A DNA stretch of 64,000 nucleotides from an uncultured Paludibacter sp. (GCA_963678465.1 OY782858.1:877810-941809); one strand, 5' to 3'; numbered from the stretch's first letter, positions 11,643-22,133 are shown. Notes: generated by a model not told the origin, from the letters alone. A program made the numbers and translations.

Positions 11643-12046
11643 AGCAAGCCTGTAAGCCGGGTTCTGTTCTTTGCCGAAACAAAGTGTTTGTCATTTATCT
11701 AGTACACAAGTCGCCCTGTGTCTCCAGCAATCTACCCCCCGGCATCGGACGAGCCATCCTACATACGCCGGTATACATGATCTTGCAACCCATAAGGTGT
11801 ACGGCTACCATTGTCACCAATAGTACCGGTGGGCTCTTACCCCGCCTTTTCACCCTTACTCCAAATCCACAAGCTCTTGATTTCCTTTCCATACGGAGAG
11901 GAAACAAAGCTAAAGTGTTTGTGGAGCGGTTATTTTCTGTTACACTACTCTGCTCTCGCGAACAGCTTCCCGTTAAGAAATATGGTGCTCTTTGTTGCCC
12001 GGACTTTCCTCCTTATCAATAAAATAAGGCGACAAACCGGCTTGCT
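11643..12046 (-). ncRNA. rnpB: RNase P RNA (bacterial type A)
   Basis: Minus strand has GAGGAAAGTCCGGGC near the 5' end, GTAAGGGTGAAAAGG...GGTAAGAGCCC, and ACAGAACCCGGCTTA near the 3' end; P1 closes as agcaagcc/ggcttgct. Confidence 0.97.
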
Positions 12047-12055
12047 ATTCTTTTG

Positions 12056-12063
12056 CAAAGATA
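12056..12063 (-). promoter_or_regulatory. -7 promoter box (TATCTTTG) for rnpB
   Basis: caaagata about 10 nt upstream of the P1 5' end. Confidence 0.75.
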
Positions 12064-12209
12064 AATATATTATTTCATATACCGTGTTTTTATTCTTTTT
12101 CAGAATTAAAACAATAAACAGAAGTTCAATTAAAGAAAAAATTCTTTTATTCTCAACTTTATGTTTTATAATTTGTTCAGTTTGTATAAATTATTAATTA
12201 GTTACAGAT

Positions 12210-13511
12210 ATGAGTTTATCAGGGTTTAAAAAAGGAGATAGAGTTGTTATTATTGGTGGAGGTTTTGCCGGCTTACAATTGGCCAAAACATTGCGTAAAT
12301 CCGAATTAAAGGTTGTTTTAGTTGACAAACAGAATCATCATCAGTTCCAGCCGCTTTTTTATCAGGTAGCCAGCGGAAGGCTCGAACCATCAAGTATTTC
12401 GTTCCCATTCCGCAAAATTTTTCAGAATAACAAAAACATAGATTTCAGAATGGCCGATATTATTAAAATTATTCCTGAGGAAAATAAATTGATGACGGCT
12501 TATGACAGAACTGTCTCTTACGATCATTTGATAATTGCAACTGGCTGTAAAACAAACTTTTTTGGGAATAAGGAGATGAGTGAACATGCTTTCTCGATGA
12601 AAACAACACAGGAATCCATTGAGATCAGAAATAAAATTCTTTTTAGTTTCGAGAAAGAGATATTTGCACGCCCTGAAGATAAGCAAGCGTGGATGAATAT
12701 AATCATTGTAGGTGGTGGCCCAACTGGTGTGGAATTATCGGGAGCATTTGCCGAGCTTAAAAACAATGTATTACCCAAAGACTATCACAATATTGATTTT
12801 TCGAAATTCAATATAATTTTGCTTGAGGGAAGTAAAAGTACATTGAATAATATGAGCGATGTTTCGAAAGAAGCTTCAGGTAAGTATCTCAAGGAATTAG
12901 GTGTTATTGTTAGAACCGAAACTTTGTTGACATCCTACGATGGAAACATAGCAACCCTCAATAATGGGGAGAAAATTCCGACAAAAAATGTGATTTGGGC
13001 AGCCGGAGTTACCGGAAATATAATAGATGGACTCAAACAGGAAGATATCGTGCGCAACCGTTACATTGTCGACCGATTTAATAAACTTAAGAGTTTTGAT
13101 AATATTTATGCGTTGGGCGACATTGCGTATATGGAAACTCCAAAATACCCGAACGGACATCCTCAGGTGGCCAATGTGGCTATCAATCAGGGGAAAAATC
13201 TTGGTAAGAATATTTTAAAAGTATTGAAAAACAAAGAAAACAAGCTTAAGGAATACGAATATAATGATTTGGGAATGATGGCTACTGTGGGCAAACATAA
13301 AGCCGTTGTAGAGTTTCCTTTCTGGAAATTCAAAGGGCCGTTGGCATGGTATGTTTGGATGTTTTTACATCTAATGTTGATATTAAGTGTTCGTAATAAG
13401 ATAGTTATCTTTTTCAATTGGGGCTGGAGTTATTTCACTAAAGACACTTCATTACGACTGATTACCCATATTGATTATGAAAAAGAAGAGATATTAAATG
13501 TAGAAAAATAA
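12210..13511 (+). CDS. ndh: Type II NADH dehydrogenase (NDH-2)
   Basis: GGGFAG, HQFQPLFYQVA, GGGPTGVELSGA, WAAGV, ALGDIA. Confidence 0.9.
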   Translation: MSLSGFKKGDRVVIIGGGFAGLQLAKTLRKSELKVVLVDKQNHHQFQPLFYQVASGRLEPSSISFPFRKIFQNNKNIDFRMADIIKIIPEENKLMTAYDRTVSYDHLIIATGCKTNFFGNKEMSEHAFSMKTTQESIEIRNKILFSFEKEIFARPEDKQAWMNIIIVGGGPTGVELSGAFAELKNNVLPKDYHNIDFSKFNIILLEGSKSTLNNMSDVSKEASGKYLKELGVIVRTETLLTSYDGNIATLNNGEKIPTKNVIWAAGVTGNIIDGLKQEDIVRNRYIVDRFNKLKSFDNIYALGDIAYMETPKYPNGHPQVANVAINQGKNLGKNILKVLKNKENKLKEYEYNDLGMMATVGKHKAVVEFPFWKFKGPLAWYVWMFLHLMLILSVRNKIVIFFNWGWSYFTKDTSLRLITHIDYEKEEILNVEK

Positions 13512-13530
13512 CGTAATTAATTGAAAGATA

Positions 13531-13570
13531 AAAGGTTCTGATCATTCAGAACCTTTTATTTTTTTTTGAT
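13531..13570. terminator. Bidirectional terminator between ndh and trpB2
   Basis: aaaaggttctga-tcat-tcagaacctttt plus a T tract between convergent genes. Confidence 0.8.
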
Positions 13571-13593
13571 TTATAGAATTATCAGCTCAGTTT

Positions 13594-14958
13594 TCATGCT
13601 AACTTTTCAAGTAGATCTATGTTTTTGTCAATATCTTCCTGAGAAAGAGAGTAGTTGATTAAATCACCGGCAAGATACTGATCATAAGCCGACATATCTA
13701 CCAGTCCATGCCCCGAAAGATTGAACAAAATGGTTTTCTGAGTTCCTTCTTCTTTACACTTCAAGGCCTCGTCTATTGCAGCAGCAATGGCATGGGCCGA
13801 TTCCGGAGCCGGAACTATACCCTCGGTCTGAGCAAAGAGAACACCAGCTTTAAATGAATCAAGTTGTTTTATATCAACTGCTTCCATTAATCCATCTTTC
13901 ATCAGTTGGCTCACAATAGTTCCAGCTCCATGATAGCGAAGTCCACCTGCATGAATATGAGCCGGTGCAAAATTATGCCCAAGCGTATACATTGGTAAAA
14001 GCGGAGTATAACCTGCCTCATCGCCAAAGTCGTATTCAAATCTACCGCGTGTCAGTTTGGGGCACGATGCCGGTTCGGCTGCAATGTATCGTGTTTTAGT
14101 GCCTTCTTTAATTGTATGGCGCATAAACGGAAATGCTATACCCGAAAAGTTTGATCCACCACCAAAACAACCAATCACCACATCGGGATATTCTCCGGCC
14201 ATTTCCATCTGTTTTTCAGCCTCTTGTCCTATAATGGTTTGATGAAGCGATACATGATTCAATACACTTCCTAAGGTATATTTACAGTTAGGCGTACTCA
14301 TTGCCAGTTCGATAGCCTCAGAAATAGCGGTTCCTAAACTTCCCTGATAACCAGGATTTTCAGTAATAATTTTGCGTCCTGCTTTGGTGGACATACTTGG
14401 CGAAGCAATCACCTGAGCGCCCCAGGTTTGCATCAACGAACGGCGATATGGTTTTTGCTCGTAGCTTATTTTTACCATATAAACAGCTAGTTCCAGTCCG
14501 AATGCTTTAGCAGCAAAGGACAAAGCTGTTCCCCATTGGCCGGCGCCTGTTTCGGTAGTTATGTTTGTAACTCCTTCTTTTTTACAATAATAAGCCTGTG
14601 CCAAAGCTGAATTTAGTTTGTGCGAACCTACCGGACTTACACTTTCATTTTTAAAATAGATATGTGCCGGAGTATCAAGTGCTTTTTCGAGTTCGTAAGC
14701 ACGAACCAATGGAGTGGGACGATAGATTTTTAATTTTTCAAGCACTTCTTCGGGTATATCAATCCATGGATCGGTCTGATTTAACTCCTGATGGCAAAGC
14801 TCCTGAGCAAAAATCGGATATAAATCCTCTGCCTTCATGGCTTGTTTAGTTCCAGGATGGAGAATGGGCATTGGTTTGTTAAGCATATCTGCCTGAATAT
14901 TATACCATTGTGTTGGTAATTCGTTTTCTTGTAAAATAAATTTCTTTGTGTTAGCCAT
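13594..14958 (-). CDS. trpB: TrpB2 (TrpB-like PLP-dependent enzyme)
   Basis: SPVGSHKLN PLP-lysine motif, TETGAGQWG, CFGGGSNF, GGLRYHG, LFNLSGHG; about 450 aa as in type 2 TrpB. Confidence 0.93.
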   Translation of the reverse strand: MANTKKFILQENELPTQWYNIQADMLNKPMPILHPGTKQAMKAEDLYPIFAQELCHQELNQTDPWIDIPEEVLEKLKIYRPTPLVRAYELEKALDTPAHIYFKNESVSPVGSHKLNSALAQAYYCKKEGVTNITTETGAGQWGTALSFAAKAFGLELAVYMVKISYEQKPYRRSLMQTWGAQVIASPSMSTKAGRKIITENPGYQGSLGTAISEAIELAMSTPNCKYTLGSVLNHVSLHQTIIGQEAEKQMEMAGEYPDVVIGCFGGGSNFSGIAFPFMRHTIKEGTKTRYIAAEPASCPKLTRGRFEYDFGDEAGYTPLLPMYTLGHNFAPAHIHAGGLRYHGAGTIVSQLMKDGLMEAVDIKQLDSFKAGVLFAQTEGIVPAPESAHAIAAAIDEALKCKEEGTQKTILFNLSGHGLVDMSAYDQYLAGDLINYSLSQEDIDKNIDLLEKLA

Positions 14959-15005
14959 TATATGATAATTTTGAGTTAATAATCGGGTTCAAATTTTTAA
15001 TAAAT

Positions 15006-15039
15006 AAAGCCTGTTGTTTCTACTTAAACAACAGGCTTT
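15006..15039 (-). terminator. Attenuator terminator upstream of trpB2
   Basis: aaagcctgttgttt-6nt-aaacaacaggcttt perfect stem between the leader peptide and trpB2. Confidence 0.85.
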
Positions 15040-15085
15040 TATAGTGGATTATTCAGTTTTGAATATTTACACAACAAACTAAACC

Positions 15086-15148
15086 TTATTGTTCGGTGAA
15101 AAAAACTTGCCAGCTACGCCAATACAAAACAGATAGAGTTGATTTCAT
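15086..15148 (-). CDS. Trp leader peptide MKSTLSVLYWRSWQVFFTEQ (not in the ORF track)
   Basis: 20-codon ORF with two TGG codons, lying between a -7 box and a terminator upstream of trpB2. Confidence 0.8.
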   Translation of the reverse strand: MKSTLSVLYWRSWQVFFTEQ

Positions 15149-15171
15149 TTTTGTTTATTGTTTTAGAAGAG

Positions 15172-15179
15172 CAAAGGTA
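15172..15179 (-). promoter_or_regulatory. -7 promoter box (TACCTTTG) for the trp leader
   Basis: caaaggta on the + strand, 24 nt upstream of the leader ATG. Confidence 0.7.
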
Positions 15180-15300
15180 TAAACATTTTTTATTTAAAAC
15201 AAAAATCAGCAATATTAAATTAAATTGATACAAAAAAAGTGGTTTTCGATAGTATTTTGTTGATTTGCATTTAAATTAAGTGCATTAAAAATAAAAATAG

Positions 15301-15308
15301 TACTTTTG
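15301..15308 (+). promoter_or_regulatory. -7 promoter box (TACTTTTG) for yicC-gmk-nadD
   Basis: TAnnTTTG 35 nt upstream of the ATG. Confidence 0.6.
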
Positions 15309-15342
15309 CAAATCAATAATCAGTATTCAAAAAATAAACAAA

Positions 15343-16218
15343 ATGATTCAATCGATGACCGGCTTTGGAAAAGCCACTTGCGAATACAATAATAAGAAAA
15401 TTGTTGTTGAAATTAAATCTCTTAATAGTAAGCAATTTGATGTTTCTACAAGAATATCAGGATTGTATCGCGAAAAAGACATTGAAATCCGGAATGAAAT
15501 TTCGCAACAACTTGAACGTGGTAAAATTGATTTTGTTTTATACATTGATAACTCTGGCAAGGAATCGGTAGCCACTTTTAATCAGTCGGTGATTGAATCA
15601 TATTACAATCAGATTGTTCAAATGTCTGAAAATTTGGGAATTAGTGTTCCTCAGAATTGGTTTGAAGTACTGTTGCGACTTCCGGATGCTATGAAAACCG
15701 AAACGGCGGAACTGGATGAAGATGAATGGCTCGAAATACGTAATGCAATGCGTCAGGCCATTCAGCAATTGATTGCTTTTCGCATTCAGGAAGGTAAATC
15801 GTTGGAAAATGTTTTTAAAACCAAAATAGCCCGTATCGACCAATTGCTTTACGAGATTGAACCATTCGAACAAGAACGTGTGGAAAAAATTAAAGCCCGC
15901 CTCGACGAAAATCTTCAAAATATCTCTGATAAAATAGATTACGATAAAAACAGATTAGAACAGGAATTGATTTTTTACATTGAAAAACTCGATGTAAACG
16001 AAGAAAAAGTACGTTTACGCACTCATCTCAATTATTTTATTGAAACTATGCAGCACGAAAAATCACCCGGCAAAAAACTTGGCTTTATTGCACAGGAAAT
16101 TGGTCGTGAGGTAAATACACTTGGATCTAAATCAAATCACAGCGAAATGCAAAAAATAGTTGTGTTGATGAAAGACGAGCTCGAACAAATTAAAGAACAG
16201 GTTTTGAATGTTCTTTAG
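15343..16218 (+). CDS. yicC: YicC/YloC family endoribonuclease
   Basis: MIQSMTGFG, VEIKSLNSK, GKKLGFIAQEIGREVNTLGSK, EQIKEQVLNV. Confidence 0.93.
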   Translation: MIQSMTGFGKATCEYNNKKIVVEIKSLNSKQFDVSTRISGLYREKDIEIRNEISQQLERGKIDFVLYIDNSGKESVATFNQSVIESYYNQIVQMSENLGISVPQNWFEVLLRLPDAMKTETAELDEDEWLEIRNAMRQAIQQLIAFRIQEGKSLENVFKTKIARIDQLLYEIEPFEQERVEKIKARLDENLQNISDKIDYDKNRLEQELIFYIEKLDVNEEKVRLRTHLNYFIETMQHEKSPGKKLGFIAQEIGREVNTLGSKSNHSEMQKIVVLMKDELEQIKEQVLNVL

Positions 16219-16299
16219 AACACTTAAAAGAGCAAATACAAAGCGTAATTACTTTTGCAGTCAGCTCAACAACAGTCAATTATAAATTTCAACAAATAA

Positions 16300-16866
16300 A
16301 TGTCAGGTAAATTAATTATATTTTCTGCGCCTTCAGGTGCAGGTAAAAGCACAATAGTACAGCACTTACTTCAACGAGATTTAAATTTAGAATTCTCGGT
16401 TTCGGCCACCAGTCGTCCACCAAGAGGTCTTGAAAAAAACGGAATCGATTATTACTTTTTAAGTCCGGATGAATTCAGGCAACGTATTGAAAATAATGAG
16501 TTTATTGAGCACGAAGAAGTGTATCCCGATTTATATTACGGTACTTTACGCTCCGAAATTGACAAAATTACCGAAAAAGGAAACAATGTTATTTTTGATG
16601 TAGACGTAGTGGGCGGATTGAATATTAAAAAGCAATATGGTGATCGTGCGCTTGCTTTGTTTATTGCAGCTCCAAGTGTTGAAGAATTGCACCGGCGTTT
16701 GAAAGGTCGGGCTACCGATACCGACGAAATGATTGCAAAAAGAGTAGGAAAGGCCGATTTTGAAATGACTTTTGCTCCTGATTTTGATTTTATTGTAGTA
16801 AACGACGACCTCGAGAAGGCTAAAAAGGAAGCTGAAAGTATTATCCGAAAATTTATTTCTGCCTAA
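16300..16866 (+). CDS. gmk: Guanylate kinase
   Basis: SAPSGAGKST, SVSATSRPPR, YYGTLRSE, DVDVVGG. Confidence 0.96.
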   Translation: MSGKLIIFSAPSGAGKSTIVQHLLQRDLNLEFSVSATSRPPRGLEKNGIDYYFLSPDEFRQRIENNEFIEHEEVYPDLYYGTLRSEIDKITEKGNNVIFDVDVVGGLNIKKQYGDRALALFIAAPSVEELHRRLKGRATDTDEMIAKRVGKADFEMTFAPDFDFIVVNDDLEKAKKEAESIIRKFISA

Positions 16867-16918
16867 GCTTCAAAATACATTTTTTATAAAAAACTGATTT
16901 TCAATTCATCACATCTTA

Positions 16919-17494
16919 ATGAAAATTGCTTTATTTTTTGGTTCGTTCAATCCTGTGCATTTAGGACACACCAACCTTGGCAAATATTTGATTGATAATA
17001 AGCTGGTTGATGAAGTATGGTTTGTGGTCTCACCTTGTAATCCACTTAAAAATCAGAATGAGTTGATCGACGAATATCTTCGTTTGGATATGTTAATGTT
17101 AGCTATTCAGGATCAACCTCAGTTCAAAGCCTCTGATATCGAATTTACAATGCCCGTTCCATCGTACACAATTGATACGCTGAAGAAACTTAATCTCGAC
17201 TTTCCTGAACATCAATTTGTGTTAATGATGGGGAGCGATAATGCACACGTTTTTGATAAATGGAAGAATTATAATGAGTTACTCGAAAAATTTGAAATTC
17301 TGGTATATCCGCGTAAAGGATACGATTTCGAAGAGGTAGCTCATTTATATCCTCAAATGAAGCAATTGGATACACCTTATTTCGAAATTTCGTCGACAGA
17401 AATACGCAGTTGTATTTCACAAAAAAAGCACATAACCGCATGGTTACATCCTTCTGTTTATCAGTATATTGCTGAAAATGAACTTTATGCTTAA
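16919..17494 (+). CDS. nadD: Nicotinate-nucleotide adenylyltransferase
   Basis: FFGSFNPVHLGH, SPCNPLK, PSYTIDTL, MGSDN, EISSTEIR. Confidence 0.95.
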   Translation: MKIALFFGSFNPVHLGHTNLGKYLIDNKLVDEVWFVVSPCNPLKNQNELIDEYLRLDMLMLAIQDQPQFKASDIEFTMPVPSYTIDTLKKLNLDFPEHQFVLMMGSDNAHVFDKWKNYNELLEKFEILVYPRKGYDFEEVAHLYPQMKQLDTPYFEISSTEIRSCISQKKHITAWLHPSVYQYIAENELYA

Positions 17495-17497
17495 TTC

Positions 17498-18133
17498 CTA
17501 TAGATAAGGATTGTTTTTTCGTTCGTACCCGATTGTAGTAGAAGGTCCATGTCCGCTGTATACAACTGTAGAATCGGGAAGCGGAAGCAAACGGTTGGTG
17601 ATCGAGCGAATTAATGTGGCATAATCACCTTTCTCAAGGTCAGTTCTACCTATCGAACCTCTGAAAAGAACATCACCTGCAAACAAAACTTCGTCTGTTT
17701 CGGAATAAAAAGCCATGCTTCCCGGCGAATGACCAGGAACAAATAATGAAATTAAAGTTGTATTTCCAAATTTTATTTCCTGATTATCAATTATATAAGC
17801 TCCAAGTTTTTGAGCAGATTCCTGAAGGGTCAATCCAAACTTGCCAGCCTGATCTTTCAAATTTTCCAATAAAAATTCATCTTCCTTACAAGCTTCAGGT
17901 TGAAGTCCATAAGTATCGGACACATATTTATTTCCAAATTGATGATCGAGATGTAAATGTGTATTTATCAAGCGCTTTAAATTCAAATCATTATCTTCAA
18001 TGAATTTTGTGAGCGTTTTCTTTTCGGCATCATAAAGGCAGCCGGGATCAATCAGAATAGCTTCTTTCGTTTCGTCGTAAACCAGATAGGTGTTTTCCTG
18101 AAAAGGACTGAATATGAATGTTTTTATTGTCAT
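17498..18133 (-). CDS. MBL-fold metallo-hydrolase (glyoxalase II-like)
   Basis: THLHLDH, PGHSPGS, GDVLF, GHG metal-binding motifs. Confidence 0.9.
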   Translation of the reverse strand: MTIKTFIFSPFQENTYLVYDETKEAILIDPGCLYDAEKKTLTKFIEDNDLNLKRLINTHLHLDHQFGNKYVSDTYGLQPEACKEDEFLLENLKDQAGKFGLTLQESAQKLGAYIIDNQEIKFGNTTLISLFVPGHSPGSMAFYSETDEVLFAGDVLFRGSIGRTDLEKGDYATLIRSITNRLLPLPDSTVVYSGHGPSTTIGYERKNNPYL

Positions 18134-18156
18134 TTTTATTAATTAAAAAATTGATT

Positions 18157-18777
18157 TCATAAAGGAAGATAAACTACTTTCTTCTTCTGAAAGAATTCTT
18201 CTTTAAAAAACTCATCTATTTCATAACTTTCTGCTATGTTTTTAAATGGCAGAATTTCATGTTGTAACTCGCCACCTTTCAGGCATATAAGTCCGTTTGG
18301 CAAAGCATTAATCGATTTTTTAGCAATATTTTTGCGAATTAATTTTACAAGTTCTTCCAGTGGCATTACAGCACGGCTCACTACAAAGTCGAACAAAGCC
18401 TTTTCTTCTTGTGCCCGTTCATGCTTTAAAACAATGTTTTTTAAACCAATAGCCGTAGCTACTTCATTGGCTACTTTAATTTTTTTTCCGATCGAATCGA
18501 TCAATGTAAACTTTACTTCAGGAAACAAAATAGCCAAAGGTATTCCAGGGAAACCTCCGCCGGTTCCAACATCCAGAACAGTTGTTCCCGGTTTAAAATT
18601 TATAATCTGGGCTATTGCCATTGAATGTAACACATGATGTTCGTAAAGGTTTTCTATATCCTTGCGCGAAATCACATTTATTTTCGAATTCCAGTCCAGA
18701 TACAAATCATAAAGTGCAGTAAATTGACTGATTTGATGGGGAGTAAGGTTATTAAAGTATTTAAGAATTTGTTCCAT
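18157..18777 (-). CDS. rsmG: 16S rRNA m7G527 methyltransferase
   Basis: WNSKINVISRKD, HVLHS, DVGTGGGFPGIPLAI, VVSRAV; start placed at MEQILK because a -7 box (18799-18806) overlaps the longer start. Confidence 0.95.
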   Translation of the reverse strand: MEQILKYFNNLTPHQISQFTALYDLYLDWNSKINVISRKDIENLYEHHVLHSMAIAQIINFKPGTTVLDVGTGGGFPGIPLAILFPEVKFTLIDSIGKKIKVANEVATAIGLKNIVLKHERAQEEKALFDFVVSRAVMPLEELVKLIRKNIAKKSINALPNGLICLKGGELQHEILPFKNIAESYEIDEFFKEEFFQKKKVVYLPL

Positions 18778-18929
18778 ACCATTTGTTTTATTTAAATACA
18801 AAGTTAGTTTTTTATTTTTGTTTACTGAAATGGAGAATTGTTTTAAAATTGGTGACTAATTTTCAGTAACCATACACTAAATAAAAGCTAATAATTAACA
18901 TTTATTTTCCTTAATTGCATATAAATCTA

Positions 18930-18937
18930 TATCTTTG
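18930..18937 (+). promoter_or_regulatory. -7 promoter box (TATCTTTG) for fabD
   Basis: TAnnTTTG upstream of fabD. Confidence 0.55.
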
Positions 18938-19033
18938 CACTCGTTTGTAAAAAATAATCAGCATTAATATAGTTTAATTTTCACAGTCATTTACTGATAT
19001 ACTGTGATTTATAACGTAAATATACATATAAAT

Positions 19034-19906
19034 ATGAAAGCTTATGTTTTTCCCGGTCAGGGAGCACAATTTGTTGGGATGGGTAAGGATTTGTACGAGC
19101 AATCAGCTTTGGCCAAAGAGTATTTTGAAACAGCGAATGAAATTCTTGGTTATCGCATTACCGATTTGATGTTCGATGGTACGCCTGAAGACCTGAAACA
19201 GACTAAAGTAACACAACCAGCAGTTTTTCTGCATTCTGTTATTTCTGCAATGGTGCTTGGCGAAGATTTTAAACCGGATATGGTAGCAGGTCATTCATTA
19301 GGCGAATTTTCGGCTTTGGTTGCTGCCGGAGCACTGACTTTTGAAGATGGTTTAAAACTGGTTTATGCACGTGCTATGGCTATGCAAAAAGCCTGTGAAT
19401 CAGAACCATCTACTATGGCAGCTGTGTTAGGACTCAGGGATGAAGAAGTAGAAGAAGTGTGCGAAAGCATAAAAGATGCGATAGTAGTTCCTGCCAATTA
19501 CAATTGCCCCGGGCAGTTGGTTATTTCCGGATCAATCGAAGGAATAGATAAAGCCTGTGTATTGTTGAAAGAGAAAGGTGCTAAACGTGCGCTCAAACTG
19601 CCTGTCGGTGGAGCATTTCACTCACCATTGATGCAACCTGCAAGCGAAGAACTTCAGGCGGCTATCAATGCAACTAATTTTAAAACACCAATTTGCCCTG
19701 TTTATCAAAACGTAAACGCTTATCCGCAAACTAATCCGGATGACATCAAACAAAATTTGATTGCCCAGCTTACAGCACCCGTTCGTTGGACGCAAACCGT
19801 AAAAAATATGATTACTGATGGAGCAGATGAATTTATTGAACTCGGCCCGGGTGATGTATTGAAAGGACTTGTGAAAAAAATTAATCCGGAAATGATTACC
19901 GGATAA
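19034..19906 (+). CDS. fabD: Malonyl CoA-ACP transacylase
   Basis: VFPGQGAQ, AGHSLGEFSA, ANYNCPGQLVISG, GAFHSPLM. Confidence 0.97.
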   Translation: MKAYVFPGQGAQFVGMGKDLYEQSALAKEYFETANEILGYRITDLMFDGTPEDLKQTKVTQPAVFLHSVISAMVLGEDFKPDMVAGHSLGEFSALVAAGALTFEDGLKLVYARAMAMQKACESEPSTMAAVLGLRDEEVEEVCESIKDAIVVPANYNCPGQLVISGSIEGIDKACVLLKEKGAKRALKLPVGGAFHSPLMQPASEELQAAINATNFKTPICPVYQNVNAYPQTNPDDIKQNLIAQLTAPVRWTQTVKNMITDGADEFIELGPGDVLKGLVKKINPEMITG

Positions 19907-19937
19907 TTTTATAAAAACAAAGCAATATATAGATCGG

Positions 19938-19972
19938 AAAGATGCAGAGAATTTATTCTATGCATCTTTTTT
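19938..19972 (+). terminator. Terminator after fabD
   Basis: aaagatgcagagaa-tttattct-atgcatctttttt hairpin. Confidence 0.7.
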
Positions 19973-20099
19973 GTTCACTTCATTAGCAATAGATTTTTTT
20001 TTGTATTTTTGTGACTTAAAATAATGAGCAAAAATATTTTTCATCTTCTTTTTTTCTCATTCAAATTTTGATATTAATCTCTCAATATTAATAAATTAA

Positions 20100-21857
20100 A
20101 TGTACAGAACACACACATGTGGCGAACTTCGCCTTTTAGATGCTGGAAAAACGGTTGAACTTTCCGGTTGGGTACAACGTAGCCGTAAAATGGGCGGAAT
20201 GACTTTCGTTGATATTCGCGACCGCTATGGTATTACTCAGTTGGTTTTCAATAGCGAAACTAACTCAACACTGTTTGAGCAAGCAAATACGCTGGGACGT
20301 GAGTTTGTTATACAGATTAAAGGACAGGTAGCCGAAAGAAGCAACAAAAACAATAATATCGGGACAGGTGAAGTTGAAATTCTGGTTTCTTCGCTCATTG
20401 TATTGAATGAAGCACAAACTCCTCCGTTCACTATCGAAGACAATACCGACGGTGGTGATGATATACGCATGAAATACCGTTACCTTGATTTAAGACGCAA
20501 CAATGTACGTAGCAACTTGATGCTCAGACATCAAATTGCATTTGAAACTCGTCGTTATCTTGATCAGCTTGGATTTGTAGAAGTAGAAACACCGGTTTTA
20601 ATTGGCTCAACACCCGAAGGTGCCCGTGATTTTGTAGTTCCATCACGCATGAATGCCGGTGAGTTTTATGCTTTGCCACAATCGCCGCAGTTGTTCAAGC
20701 AGCTGTTAATGGTGTCTGGTTTCGATCGTTATTTTCAGATTGCAAAATGTTTCCGCGATGAAGATTTACGTGCCGACCGTCAACCTGAATTTACTCAAAT
20801 CGACTGCGAGATGTCCTTTGTAAATCAGGAAGATGTATTGAATACTTTCGAAGGAATGATGAAGCATTTGTTTAAGTTCGTGAAGGATATGGACATGAAC
20901 GATGCTTTTCCGCGCATGACATGGCACGATGCCATGAAATATTATGGCTCTGATAAACCGGACATTCGTTTCGATATGAAATTTGTTGAATTAAAAGAGG
21001 CAGTTTCGGGTCACGACTTTGTTGTTTTCGATTCAGTGCCTTATGTAGGTGGCATCTGTGCAATCGGTTGTGCAGCCTACACCCGCAAACAAATTGATGA
21101 ATTGACTGAATTTGTTAAACGTCCGCAAATAGGAGCGAAGGGACTTGTTTATATTCGTTGCGAGTTGGATGGCAGCTTTAAATCATCAGTGGATAAATTC
21201 TATTCGAATGATGATTTAAAAGAAATTGCAGCTTTGTTTAATGCGCAACCAGGTGATTTAATTTTGATTTTAGCTGGTAATAAGATAAAAACACAGAAAG
21301 CGCTTTGCGAATTGCGCCTTGAAATTGGATCGAGACTTGGGCTACGTGATAAAAATGTGTATGCTCCCCTTTGGGTCATTGATTTTCCTTTGTTCGAGTG
21401 GGATGATGAAACACAACGTTATTATGCTACACATCACCCATTTACATCTCCTAATCTGGATGATGTTCCATTGCTCGACACTGATCCGGGACAGGTAAGA
21501 GCTACAGCTTATGATATGGTTATCAATGGCGTAGAGCTGGGAGGTGGTTCTATTCGTATTCACGACAGCGCTTTACAAAATAGAATGTTCGAACTGCTTG
21601 GATTTACTCCTGAAAAGGCACAAGCGCAGTTTGGCTTTTTGATGAATGCATTTAAATACGGAGCGCCACCACACGGAGGTTTGGCATTCGGACTTGATCG
21701 TCTGGTGTCGTTGTTTGCCGGACTCGACAGTATACGTGATTGCATTGCTTTCCCGAAAAATAATTCAGGAAGAGATGTAATGATTGATGCACCATCATTG
21801 ATCGATCAATCGCAGTTGGATGAATTAAATCTTATAATTGATATAAAAGAAAAGTAA
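20100..21857 (+). CDS. aspS: Aspartate--tRNA ligase
   Basis: [63 protein letters not shown]. Confidence 0.98.
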   Translation: MYRTHTCGELRLLDAGKTVELSGWVQRSRKMGGMTFVDIRDRYGITQLVFNSETNSTLFEQANTLGREFVIQIKGQVAERSNKNNNIGTGEVEILVSSLIVLNEAQTPPFTIEDNTDGGDDIRMKYRYLDLRRNNVRSNLMLRHQIAFETRRYLDQLGFVEVETPVLIGSTPEGARDFVVPSRMNAGEFYALPQSPQLFKQLLMVSGFDRYFQIAKCFRDEDLRADRQPEFTQIDCEMSFVNQEDVLNTFEGMMKHLFKFVKDMDMNDAFPRMTWHDAMKYYGSDKPDIRFDMKFVELKEAVSGHDFVVFDSVPYVGGICAIGCAAYTRKQIDELTEFVKRPQIGAKGLVYIRCELDGSFKSSVDKFYSNDDLKEIAALFNAQPGDLILILAGNKIKTQKALCELRLEIGSRLGLRDKNVYAPLWVIDFPLFEWDDETQRYYATHHPFTSPNLDDVPLLDTDPGQVRATAYDMVINGVELGGGSIRIHDSALQNRMFELLGFTPEKAQAQFGFLMNAFKYGAPPHGGLAFGLDRLVSLFAGLDSIRDCIAFPKNNSGRDVMIDAPSLIDQSQLDELNLIIDIKEK

Positions 21858-21878
21858 TCACTTAATAATAAATTAATT

Positions 21879-22133
21879 ATGACTGAAAAAGAAATTAAAG
21901 ACAGAGCCGAACAGATTGTAGAGGCGCTGACGTCGTTGAGTTTGGGTCGTGAACCTAATATGCTGTCGAACGATGCATTTAAGAAGTTATCGTCTCATCC
22001 GAATTTTTTCGAGATTAGAAATGCTTATATTGAATATCTTCAGTCATTCGATGGAAATATTGAAGACTCAGAGGACATTAAAAAAATGTTTGACTTTAGG
22101 TTACACATTGTAGAGTTATTCGATATTTTGTAA
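21879..22133 (+). CDS. Small hypothetical protein (84 aa)
   Basis: Clean ORF 21 nt after aspS, followed by a terminator; no family recognised. Confidence 0.7.
   Translation: MTEKEIKDRAEQIVEALTSLSLGREPNMLSNDAFKKLSSHPNFFEIRNAYIEYLQSFDGNIEDSEDIKKMFDFRLHIVELFDIL

Noticed and set aside
11684-12197. ORFs overlapping 11684-12197
   Set aside because: They overlap the RNase P RNA gene and its promoter.
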